From a bacterium (GTDB lineage: Bacteria; RBG-13-61-14; DATKZS01): a stretch of 23,648 nt of DNA. The notes beneath the pieces are model-generated. The model made no database searches and was not told the origin of the DNA. It worked only from the letters and a program-made list of their open reading frames with translations. Of the stretch, positions 6,977-14,575 are shown one piece after another. Both the position numbers and the translations under genes were made by a program. Positions within the stretch are counted from its first letter, which is position 1. Each line of letters opens with the position of its first letter. The stretch lies in NCBI GenBank assembly GCA_046484135.1, contig JAWOBU010000077.1, forward strand, positions 1-23,648, given 5' to 3'.

Positions 6977-8072
6977 GCTTTCCGCAGAGCACAGGCTCAA
7001 GAAGCTTCTTAACGAGCTGGTGGACATCTACAGCCCCTCCGGCAAGGAGGAGGAGGTCCTCGAGTACGTTTATGACTACTTGAAGAGCCACGGCCTGCCG
7101 GTCGAGCGGCAGGAGGTGGACGACAACCGCTACAACCTGGTGGTGTTCCCGCCCGAGAACGACATCGAGCTGGCCCTGGTCGGACACCTGGACACGGTGG
7201 TGGCTTATGATCTCGACCACTACGGGTTCGAGGAGGAAGACGGCACTGTCTCCGGCCTGGGAACCGCGGACATGAAAGGCGGATGCGCCGCCATGATCGA
7301 GGCCATGGTGTCCGCCTGGAAGGAAAACACATCCCCCCCGCCGGTCGGCCTCTGCCTGGTGGTGGGAGAGGAGGAAGAAGGTGACGGAGCCATCGAGCTC
7401 GTCAAGGACTACCAGTTCCCCTGGGCCATCATAGGCGAGCCCACCGACCTCCGGCCCTGCCTGTCAAACTACGGATACCTCGAACTCCAGGTCGAGTCCC
7501 GAGGCAAAAGAGCCCACGCATCGCTCGCCGACCAGGTAAGGAACCCGCTCCGCGTCATGCTCCGCATCGTGCTCAAGATAGTGAGATACCTCGAATCGGA
7601 AAGGCCCCAGGTGGTCTACAACATCCGCGACATGTGGAGCTCCCAGGCCGGGTTCTTTATACCCGACCATTGCGAGGCCTGGCTCGACCTGCATATCCCG
7701 CCCCAATCCTCCATCGCCGAGGTCATGCAGGAGATCGAGGACATACTCGACCAGGACCGCGAAGAAAGGCCCGACCAGGACGCAAACATCCGCTTCGCAA
7801 CCATTGACGCCGGCTACGAGCTGCCCGAGAAAGGACACATGGTGGAAGCGCTCCAGGCAGGATACTCCCGCACCGGAGTGCAATGGGCGCCCGTCCCCTT
7901 CCGGAGCCACTCCGACGCCACCCGGCTGTGGGAAGCAGGCGTAAGACCCGTAATCCTCGGACCCGGAAAGCTCGAAATGGCCCACTCCCCCGAAGAATCC
8001 ATCCAAATGGACCAGGTCCAAAAAGCATACGAGCTCTATCGCGAGATCATAAGAGAGGTGGGGAGCCTGTAA
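6969..8072 (+). CDS. M20 family metallopeptidase/deacylase (ArgE/DapE-like)
   Basis: GHLDTV, GTADMKGG, VVGEE, GEPT, GKRAHAS, SDA and AHSPEE motifs; overlaps the GNAT stop. Confidence 0.93.
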   Translation: MTELSAEHRLKKLLNELVDIYSPSGKEEEVLEYVYDYLKSHGLPVERQEVDDNRYNLVVFPPENDIELALVGHLDTVVAYDLDHYGFEEEDGTVSGLGTADMKGGCAAMIEAMVSAWKENTSPPPVGLCLVVGEEEEGDGAIELVKDYQFPWAIIGEPTDLRPCLSNYGYLELQVESRGKRAHASLADQVRNPLRVMLRIVLKIVRYLESERPQVVYNIRDMWSSQAGFFIPDHCEAWLDLHIPPQSSIAEVMQEIEDILDQDREERPDQDANIRFATIDAGYELPEKGHMVEALQAGYSRTGVQWAPVPFRSHSDATRLWEAGVRPVILGPGKLEMAHSPEESIQMDQVQKAYELYREIIREVGSL

Positions 8073-8097
8073 AGGAAGAGCTTCAGGCAGGCACGTC

Positions 8098-8345
8098 CCG
8101 AGATTTGTTAATTGACATCAGCATTACCTGTCATTCATGAACTCCGTATGGTCTGCTTATATCATGTTTTGCTTATCACGGGTTTTTCCTACTCCGGGTG
8201 GCCCACCCATCCGTCCTCGGATGGGTGGGCTTACATGTTCAAACAGGCTGTACTCGAGCGAAGAGGGGTATAATACGAAAAGCGCGGCTAACCTTTACCC
8301 CACCCATGCGCACAGCAAGCAGTGCGCATGGGTAGGCCACCCGGA
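8098..8345 (+). repeat. 248-bp direct repeat, copy 1 (AT-rich leader plus inverted REP pair at 8196-8230 and 8298-8344)
   Basis: Aligns without gaps to 9087-9334 at an offset of 989 bp, with 6 mismatches counted, all in 8230-8249. Confidence 0.95.
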
Positions 8346-8403
8346 AAAGTTTGCAATGAGGGCTGGGTTACGGTGTAATCTGAAGTCATGGGAGTAACAA
8401 TCT

Positions 8404-8934
8404 TTGGTTAAAAAACGGACCCTTGTTGGTGCTAATGTTGCCCATTTTGTTACTTTTTCCACTTATGGCAAGAGGCGTTTATTATCCACTGCTGCGGCCC
8501 GTGATATGGTTATTTTTTCATTGGATTGTTTGGCAAGAGCGGACCGGGTCAAGGTTGCGGGCTTCGTTATCATGCCCGACCACGTTCACGCCCTTTTATG
8601 GTTTGATGATGACCGTAATCTTGCCAATGTCATGAATGTGTGGAAGTCCTCATCATCAAAACGGCTTGGCAAGCTGTATTGCGAGCATATTCCCGGCATG
8701 CTGGACCACTTGGCAAAGACCAGGGATGGTCGGTCCAGGAGAAGCTTTTGGCAGAGCCGGTATCATGACTTTAACCTGGTCGGTCCTGATAAAGCGCGTG
8801 AAAAGCTTGTTTACATGCATAACAATCCTGTCAAAAAGGGGCTTTGTAAGGATGCGGGGGATTGGCGTTGGTCGAGTTATCGCTGGTATTTTCATGATGA
8901 GGACGTTGGAGTTAAGCTCTCAACTTTTTTCTAG
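8404..8934 (+). CDS. REP-associated tyrosine transposase (RAYT, Y1 HUH family)
   Basis: HFVTFST, FVIMPDHVHALL (HUH), FWQSRYHD, YMHNNPVKKGL (catalytic Tyr) and WRWSSY; TTG start preceded by GGAG. Confidence 0.93.
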   Translation: MVKKRTLVGANVAHFVTFSTYGKRRLLSTAAARDMVIFSLDCLARADRVKVAGFVIMPDHVHALLWFDDDRNLANVMNVWKSSSSKRLGKLYCEHIPGMLDHLAKTRDGRSRRSFWQSRYHDFNLVGPDKAREKLVYMHNNPVKKGLCKDAGDWRWSSYRWYFHDEDVGVKLSTFF

Positions 8935-8978
8935 TTTCCTGTCAAACTTGAAATGTCGAACCTGACACAGAACCAACG

Positions 8979-9084
8979 GGGAGACCCACCTGTTCGGCTT
9001 TGCTGGACGGATGGGTTTACAGGTTCACCAGCGGAAGGTTGAACCCGTTCCCCACCCATTTGCAGACAAATGGGTGGGCCACCC
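8979..9084. repeat. third inverted REP pair, downstream of the RAYT
   Basis: Degenerate GGGAGACCCACCTGTTCGGC-TTT-GCTGGACGGATGGG (8979-9015) followed by TTTACAGGTTCA, as after the REP at 9185-9218; CCCACCCATTTG-CAGA-CAAATGGGTGGG-CCACCC (9051-9084). Confidence 0.85.
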
Positions 9085-9086
9085 AG

Positions 9087-9334
9087 CCGAGATTTGTTAA
9101 TTGACATCAGCATTACCTGTCATTCATGAACTCCGTATGGTCTGCTTATATCATGTTTTGCTTATCACGGGTTTTTCCTACTCCGGGTGGCCCACCCATC
9201 CGTCCTCGGATGGGTGGGTTTACAGGTTCAAACGGATCGTACTCGAGCGAAGAGGGGTATAATACGAAAAGCGCGGCTAACCTTTACCCCACCCATGCGC
9301 ACAGCAAGCAGTGCGCATGGGTAGGCCACCCGGA
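9087..9334 (+). repeat. 248-bp direct repeat, copy 2
   Basis: See copy 1; REPs at 9185-9218 and 9287-9333. Confidence 0.95.
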
Positions 9335-9392
9335 GTTTTCCACCGCGTTTACGAAGTGGCTTACATGGTCAAACTTGTTTTCCTTTTTCTCC

Positions 9393-10127
9393 TCAGTAAT
9401 ACACCGCCTCCGGAAGCCTTTTCTCCATCCAGTCGAAGATGGCTTTTATGAACCTCATGATGAAGACCCAGTAGACGATGAGCCAGAGGGGCATGCCGAG
9501 GAAGGCGGGGTTCTGGTAGTTGTAGAGGCCGCCGCTTATGAGGAGCGACTCGTAAAACGGTCCCAGGATGAGCACCAGGAGCATCAGGGTCCTTTCCCTG
9601 GAAGTGGGGGGAGCGAGCAGGACCCGGACCGCCAGGATGAAAGCGAAAAGCGCGCCCGGAAGCCACGGCTCGGAAGCGTAGTTGTACACGATCACCCGGT
9701 AGGCGACCACCACGACCAGGTCGAGCAGGAAAGGCGTGTTCAAAAGTCGGGGGGCTTTGTCCTCCACAAAGTAGCTGTAGCGCAGAAGCCGCCGCAAAAA
9801 AAGGAACGCCAGCCCCCAGAACACCACCATCCATACTGGAATGGGGACCGGAAGAATCGTGGGAGGAGTATAAGAGTAAACACCCCTCCACATGGACATA
9901 ACGTCGTTGCCGCCGCCCGCGATAACACCCAGCAAAAAGTAAATCACGTCGCCCCGCTCATACAACAACGCAAACCGCACCGCGATCAAAACCCCGATGA
10001 ACCCGGTCATGAGGGGCGTCTGCTGGCCGTAAAAGAAGACCATGGCCGCCATCGCCAAGAGCACCAGCGCCTCGAGAAAAAGCGCGGAAAAGCCCGCGAT
10101 ATATGGCCTTGCATTTTCTTTTTTCAT
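9393..10127 (-). CDS. polytopic membrane protein with an internal duplication (DUF2878/INSIG-like)
   Basis: About eight hydrophobic segments; repeated motif GVYSY..PIPVWMVVFWG / GLYNY..GMPLWLIVYWV. The family call is tentative. Confidence 0.7.
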   Translation of the reverse strand: MKKENARPYIAGFSALFLEALVLLAMAAMVFFYGQQTPLMTGFIGVLIAVRFALLYERGDVIYFLLGVIAGGGNDVMSMWRGVYSYTPPTILPVPIPVWMVVFWGLAFLFLRRLLRYSYFVEDKAPRLLNTPFLLDLVVVVAYRVIVYNYASEPWLPGALFAFILAVRVLLAPPTSRERTLMLLVLILGPFYESLLISGGLYNYQNPAFLGMPLWLIVYWVFIMRFIKAIFDWMEKRLPEAVYY

Positions 10128-10139
10128 TGCCTTTTTCCG

Positions 10140-11120
10140 CTATTCCTTTTTCTGTTGTAGCGCGCCGCAGGCGGGCACTCCGCCGAGGGAGGAGGCCTCG
10201 GTTACCGCCCGGTTGATGGACAGGGCCACCGCATGTGCGGCCATTGCTCCCAGCCGGTTTATGTCCAGGGGCTTGTCGCCGGTGGAGAAGGCGAACACCA
10301 GGTCTCCATCGAACACGGAGTGGGCGGGCGCGAGCACCCTTGCCATGCCCGCGGACGCCATCCGGGCCAGCTTGGCCGCTCCCGCCTTGTCCAGGGCCGC
10401 GTCAGTGGCCACCGCCACCAGGTTGGTGTTCTCGCCCCCCGCGGGCGATTCCACGGGAGCGCCTTCCCGCAGGAGCTTTTCCGTGTTCGCGTACTTGCCG
10501 CTGGAGGGGTCCCGCGCTCCTGCCAGCACCGCGCCGGTCTCCATGTCCAGCACGTCGCCCAAGTTGTTCACCACCGAAAGAGCGCCCACTGTAACCCCTT
10601 CAGGCGAACGAACCGAAGCAGAGCCCACTCCCCCCTTGGTCGCGTTCTCGATGCCAAGTATTTTGCCCACGGTGGCACCCGTGCCCGCTCCCACACAGCC
10701 CGACTCGACTGGTTCGGCCGTGGCTGCCTCGCAGGCGGCGTACCCGAAGGACGCGTCCGGCCGGACATCAGCGCTTATAAAGGACAGGTCGAAGATGATG
10801 GCCGCGGGAACAATGGGCACCAGGGCCACCCGGGCCATGTAGCCGATGCCCTGCTCGGCCAGGTACTTCATCACCCCGTCCGCGGCCGCGAGGCCGAAGG
10901 CGCTCCCACCCGCCAGGCACAGGCCGTGGCACTTCTCGGTTACGTGGAGCGGATCAAGCACCGGAAGCTCGCGGCTGCCGGTGGCCAGTCCCCGCACGTC
11001 AACCGAGCCCGCGGCGCCGGCCTCGAAGATACAAACCGTGGCGCCGGTGCCGTGTTCATAGTCGGAGTAATGGCCGACCTTGACTCCCGGAACGTCGGTT
11101 ATGCTGTCCGTGCTGGGCAT
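10140..11120 (-). CDS. P1/S58 (DmpA-like) self-processing peptidase/amidohydrolase
   Basis: ITDVPGVKVGH, SVDVRG, GGSAFGL, IVPAAIIFDL, GAGTGA, KGGVGSAS, ENTNLVAVATDA, DGDLVFAFSTG; ATG 11120 has a GGAG RBS (alternative GTG start at 11144). Confidence 0.92.
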   Translation of the reverse strand: MPSTDSITDVPGVKVGHYSDYEHGTGATVCIFEAGAAGSVDVRGLATGSRELPVLDPLHVTEKCHGLCLAGGSAFGLAAADGVMKYLAEQGIGYMARVALVPIVPAAIIFDLSFISADVRPDASFGYAACEAATAEPVESGCVGAGTGATVGKILGIENATKGGVGSASVRSPEGVTVGALSVVNNLGDVLDMETGAVLAGARDPSSGKYANTEKLLREGAPVESPAGGENTNLVAVATDAALDKAGAAKLARMASAGMARVLAPAHSVFDGDLVFAFSTGDKPLDINRLGAMAAHAVALSINRAVTEASSLGGVPACGALQQKKE

Positions 11121-11140
11121 TTCAAACTCTCCTTTATCTT

Positions 11141-11935
11141 TCACTCCGGCTTTACGGTGAGTATGGGCCCCTGGTAGATGAGGCTTTTGACGGAGCTTTT
11201 ATCGAGGGCGTTCGGGTCCCGGTCCCAGGGGTAGGGTCTTTCGCCTTTGGGTCCGGGCGGAAGGGGCGAAAGGTTTTTCTTGCAGACCTCTTCGGCATAG
11301 GGGTAGTAGTCTTCGAGGGCGGCAAAGACAACATTTTGTGCCGCAACCACGGCCACCCCGGTTTCGATCTCGTCCTGATACATAAGCAGGGTCCAGAGCG
11401 ACTCGAAGATGGTGTTGCGCGAGGCCGCCTGCTCGTTCTGCCAGAGCATCTCTCCGGTTTCACAATCCGCGAGCTCGAGCCGGAGCTGTATGGTTACGCT
11501 GGCGGCGAGGACCGCGTACTTGGTGGAGAAGTCGGTTACGGTCCCGAACATGACCGCGTCCACGGAAAGGATGTCGCCGAGTTCCTCGGGGGTGAAGCTG
11601 TATACGTCATGCGCGATCAGCACTCCGGCTTCCTGGAGCCTCTTGTCCGCCCACTTCAGGTCGGGGACCTTGTACCCCTTGTACCGGAGACGCTTGGCCA
11701 CGATGGGCCTTATAAGGGGCGTTGCGTCCAGGTCGGTGCTCATGTTGTCGAAGGGGAGCACGGCAATGCTTTTGGGCTTGAGTCGCCGGTAGTCGGAGTG
11801 GACGGCTTGTGTGGACTCGCTCCCGGTCTGGGGACAGCCGGTCACAGCCAGTGCGACCGCGGCCAGGATGACCGTCAAAAGGCAGGGCAGGAGCCTTGGC
11901 GCCCTTCTTCTGCCGGAGCTTATAAAGACCCTCAA
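11141..11935 (-). CDS. GNA1162/DUF799-like lipoprotein
   Basis: Lipobox VTGC; KPKSIAVLPFDN, KGYKV, VDAVMFGTVT, TGEMLW and PLPPGP motifs. Confidence 0.8.
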   Translation of the reverse strand: MRVFISSGRRRAPRLLPCLLTVILAAVALAVTGCPQTGSESTQAVHSDYRRLKPKSIAVLPFDNMSTDLDATPLIRPIVAKRLRYKGYKVPDLKWADKRLQEAGVLIAHDVYSFTPEELGDILSVDAVMFGTVTDFSTKYAVLAASVTIQLRLELADCETGEMLWQNEQAASRNTIFESLWTLLMYQDEIETGVAVVAAQNVVFAALEDYYPYAEEVCKKNLSPLPPGPKGERPYPWDRDPNALDKSSVKSLIYQGPILTVKPE

Positions 11936-11944
11936 GGCGCGGCC

Positions 11945-12868
11945 TTACTTCCCGGAGGCTATCATCACCATGTCGCCGCGCTTGGCGCCCGATCCTTCCA
12001 TCATGCGGGCCACTGCCACGTCCTCGCCGGTCAGGTCTATCACCCGGGCCTTGCCGAGCGGCTCGGTCTTGTATCCTTTGAACTCGCCGGTCTGAGGATC
12101 GGTGAGCTTTCCGGTTACGCTCTTTACGCGAAGTTCCTGGCCCATGGCCATGCCGGAGACGCGGCCGGCGTTTACGTAGATGACCTCGGTGCCGTCGCGC
12201 TGGTCCACGTCCATGACAAATCCCTGCCACGGTATCTGCATGACCGTGTCCACCAGGTTGCCGGTGAACTTCTGCATGGCCGACCGCAACGCCTTGTCCG
12301 CCATGGTCTCGTTAAAGGTGGACTTCTCGCCGAAGCCCAGCACGGTCTTGAGCTCCTGCTCGACCCTGCCGGTGCCGCTGTCCGCGAAGATGACCTTGCC
12401 GGTGGTTACGTTCACCACCCGCACGTCAACGGTGGTCTCTGCTATGACCATCTTCTTCTGGTAGACGCCGTAGTCCTTGGCCTCCTCCCAGATGCCAAAC
12501 TCCGATATGGTCCCCACTACTACCGCCTGGACCCCCACCAGCTTGCCGGCCCGGGCCGCGGTGTCCAGGTTTACCCGGCCGGAGTCTATAAGGTCGTACT
12601 CCTTCTCCAGTTCGTCCAGGTCGGCCCTCTCGTAAAGAACAAATACGTCCGCCTGCTGGAGCTCGGTGTAGAGCACGTCCACTGCCGCGTTGGAAAGCCG
12701 GTTTTTGCCGTACCTGCTCTTGTTCTCGAACTCGAAAATGCCGACCCGCTTCTTGGGGCCTTCCATCACCTGCTCCGGTTGTTTCTCTACCGGCTCTTTG
12801 TCCTTGGGACAAGCGGGAAACAGAAAAACCGTCATAAGCAAAAGACCCAGACTCGCGTATCGTTTCAT
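11945..12868 (-). CDS. CsgG/HfaB (FlgT-like) family lipoprotein
   Basis: ATG 12868 after AAGGAGG; lipobox FPAC; KKRVGIFEFENK, YERADLD, GKLVGVQAVVVGTISEFG, VDVRVVNVTTGKVI; C-terminal YVNAG..GM..G domain. Confidence 0.87.
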   Translation of the reverse strand: MKRYASLGLLLMTVFLFPACPKDKEPVEKQPEQVMEGPKKRVGIFEFENKSRYGKNRLSNAAVDVLYTELQQADVFVLYERADLDELEKEYDLIDSGRVNLDTAARAGKLVGVQAVVVGTISEFGIWEEAKDYGVYQKKMVIAETTVDVRVVNVTTGKVIFADSGTGRVEQELKTVLGFGEKSTFNETMADKALRSAMQKFTGNLVDTVMQIPWQGFVMDVDQRDGTEVIYVNAGRVSGMAMGQELRVKSVTGKLTDPQTGEFKGYKTEPLGKARVIDLTGEDVAVARMMEGSGAKRGDMVMIASGK

Positions 12869-12991
12869 TTCGCCCTCCTTGTGAAAGCTCGAGGCTCTGG
12901 AGATCCAAAACCTGACTTGTATTAGATAATAAAAGAAGATAGTACAAGTTAGCGCCGCCGGCAAAGATTTAGTGCGGCGTCTTGATCCGCC

Positions 12992-14194
12992 CTACTTGAA
13001 GTGCTTGTTGTAAAGCTGGCGGGCCAGCTTTTTCGCAATGCGGTTGTCCGGCTCGAAATGGGGCAGGGCGGCGGGGTCCGCCTCCATGGTTTCTTCGAGC
13101 ATCTTTTTCGCCTTGTCCATCTTTCCCTGGTATACGTACAGCTCGCCCAGGGCGTAGGTGTTCCTGAGGTATCGCGGCTCGTACTCGCGGGCGAGGAGGC
13201 TGAGCCGGAGGATCAAGTCCTCGCTGAAGCCGAGTATTCCCGCGGTCTTGGCCACCAGCTTTCCGGCGCGTGCGACGGCCAGGGCAAAGTATTGGGAGAG
13301 CCCGCCGTAGTAATAGTTGGGGTCTTCCTCGGCCACCACCTTGAGCTTGTTGGCCATCTCGAGCGCGTACCTTGCCATGGCGATGTACCCTTTGTTGGTG
13401 CCGTACTGTCCCAGTCCCGCGGCTGTCCAGTAGTTGGCCGCCGGGTTCCTGGGTTCGAGCTCGACCGCTTTCCTGCCCCACTCCGCGGACTTCCAGCACC
13501 ACTTGGCCTTGTCCTCTTCGGTGTCGGCGTGGTAATGCATCCAGTAGTAGCCGCGGCAGAGCCACATCAGGGGCTCGATCCTTTCAGGGTACTTCTTCTC
13601 GAGCTTGTGAAAGAGGTCTATGGTTTTCTGAAGCTCGGCTCTGTCAAGCCTTTTGTCCCAGTGGCTCATTGCTTCTTCCCACAGGGGGTCGTCATCCGGG
13701 ACCGGGAGCTCGCGCAGGTGGTCGTACTTCCTGCCGAGCTTGCTGAGCCGCTGGTTCTCATCCTCGGTAAGACGGCGCATGAGCACAATGGCGGAGATGC
13801 GCCAGTAGACCGCGAAACGGTTTCCCGGCTCGAGATGGAGGGACCGCTTGAACGCGGCCGCCGATTTTTTCATCCACTGGTCCCGACCGTCGCCTCCCTC
13901 GCGCATTCCCGCGAGATGCATGGCCCGGCCGACCCAAAGCCAGGCCACGGCGTTTTCAGGATGCTCGTCCGCTATAGCCTGAAAAAGATCCAGCGCCGCC
14001 TTGACCTTCTCCGTGTCCCCCCGCTGGTCCCACTTCTGGAAAGCCTTGTCCCACAGCTCGCCCTCGGGACGAGGCAGGTTCACAAAAGGGCTCGAGGTGG
14101 TGATGCTCTGCGGGTATTCAGCCCCCGCTGCGAAAACAGGCAGAGCCAGAAACAAAGCCAGTCCCAACCAAAAAACGATGCCGGTCCTCTGCAT
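12992..14194 (-). CDS. exported TPR-like helical protein (TatT/BstC-like) with a duplicated N-terminal module
   Basis: ATG 14194 after CAGGAGG; signal peptide ending near VFA; GRKAVELEPRNPAANYW and DPNYYYGG motifs. Confidence 0.8.
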   Translation of the reverse strand: MQRTGIVFWLGLALFLALPVFAAGAEYPQSITTSSPFVNLPRPEGELWDKAFQKWDQRGDTEKVKAALDLFQAIADEHPENAVAWLWVGRAMHLAGMREGGDGRDQWMKKSAAAFKRSLHLEPGNRFAVYWRISAIVLMRRLTEDENQRLSKLGRKYDHLRELPVPDDDPLWEEAMSHWDKRLDRAELQKTIDLFHKLEKKYPERIEPLMWLCRGYYWMHYHADTEEDKAKWCWKSAEWGRKAVELEPRNPAANYWTAAGLGQYGTNKGYIAMARYALEMANKLKVVAEEDPNYYYGGLSQYFALAVARAGKLVAKTAGILGFSEDLILRLSLLAREYEPRYLRNTYALGELYVYQGKMDKAKKMLEETMEADPAALPHFEPDNRIAKKLARQLYNKHFK

Positions 14195-14406
14195 GACAAA
14201 CCTCCTGTCGGCCAAAGATGAGAATCAACTCAAGTTCATACCACAGTATAAAAGCCTTGTCCAGAGTTTGGGAAAGATAAAGAGATAATTTCACGCAAAG
14301 GTAAAGCCGCAGAGGCTGGAGTTTTCGACTTGGGGTGTATGAGTATTGTCGCGGCTTACGCCGCTCGCACACGGAACTTTTTAATACACAAAATCATCAA
14401 CAAAAT

Positions 14407-14517
14407 CGTTGCGTCATGGCGGCGTTGCTTTGAAAAAAGGCTTTTTTGTTTTCCATTCTCTGTTGTCACGGCCCTTTTTGCAACAAAGGTGTTGCAGTTT
14501 TCGCGAATCGTGCTACA
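14407..14517. promoter_or_regulatory. cluster of (T/C)GTTGC / TGCAACA half-sites, candidate enhancer or autoregulatory sites
   Basis: TGCAACA-N4-TGTTGCA (14479-14496), TGTTGTC (14461), TGCTACA (14511), CGTTGC (14407 and 14423), all between divergent genes. Confidence 0.5.
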
Positions 14518-14575
14518 CTGTTAAAAGGGAAGTTGTAGTTTATAAAACGGGGTTTTCTTAAAAGGAAGTACAAAA

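Larger units (their letters stand above)
8098..9334. mobile_element. REPtron-like element: RAYT gene with three inverted REP pairs, bounded by 248-bp direct repeats
   Basis: Lies between the convergent M20 and membrane-protein genes; visibly more AT-rich than its neighbours; see component features. Confidence 0.85.

Noticed and set aside
8137..8397. Duplicated ORF MNSVWSAY... (also 9126-10160)
   Set aside because: It reads through REP hairpins; the long version is the antisense shadow of the membrane protein gene.
8404..8934. IS200/IS605 TnpA with TnpB, or a CRISPR/DGR interpretation of the repeats
   Set aside because: The FWQ..YHD, NP and WSS motifs plus flanking REPs indicate RAYT; there is no TnpB, cas or reverse transcriptase gene, and the mismatches are not adenine-specific.
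11945..12868. Curli secretion system
   Set aside because: No csgA/B/E/F genes are present; only the CsgG-like fold.
11336..14221. Long plus-strand ORFs (529 aa and 406 aa) and similar ones at 10233, 19139 and 20830
   Set aside because: Antisense shadows of GC-rich genes that have clear motifs on the other strand.
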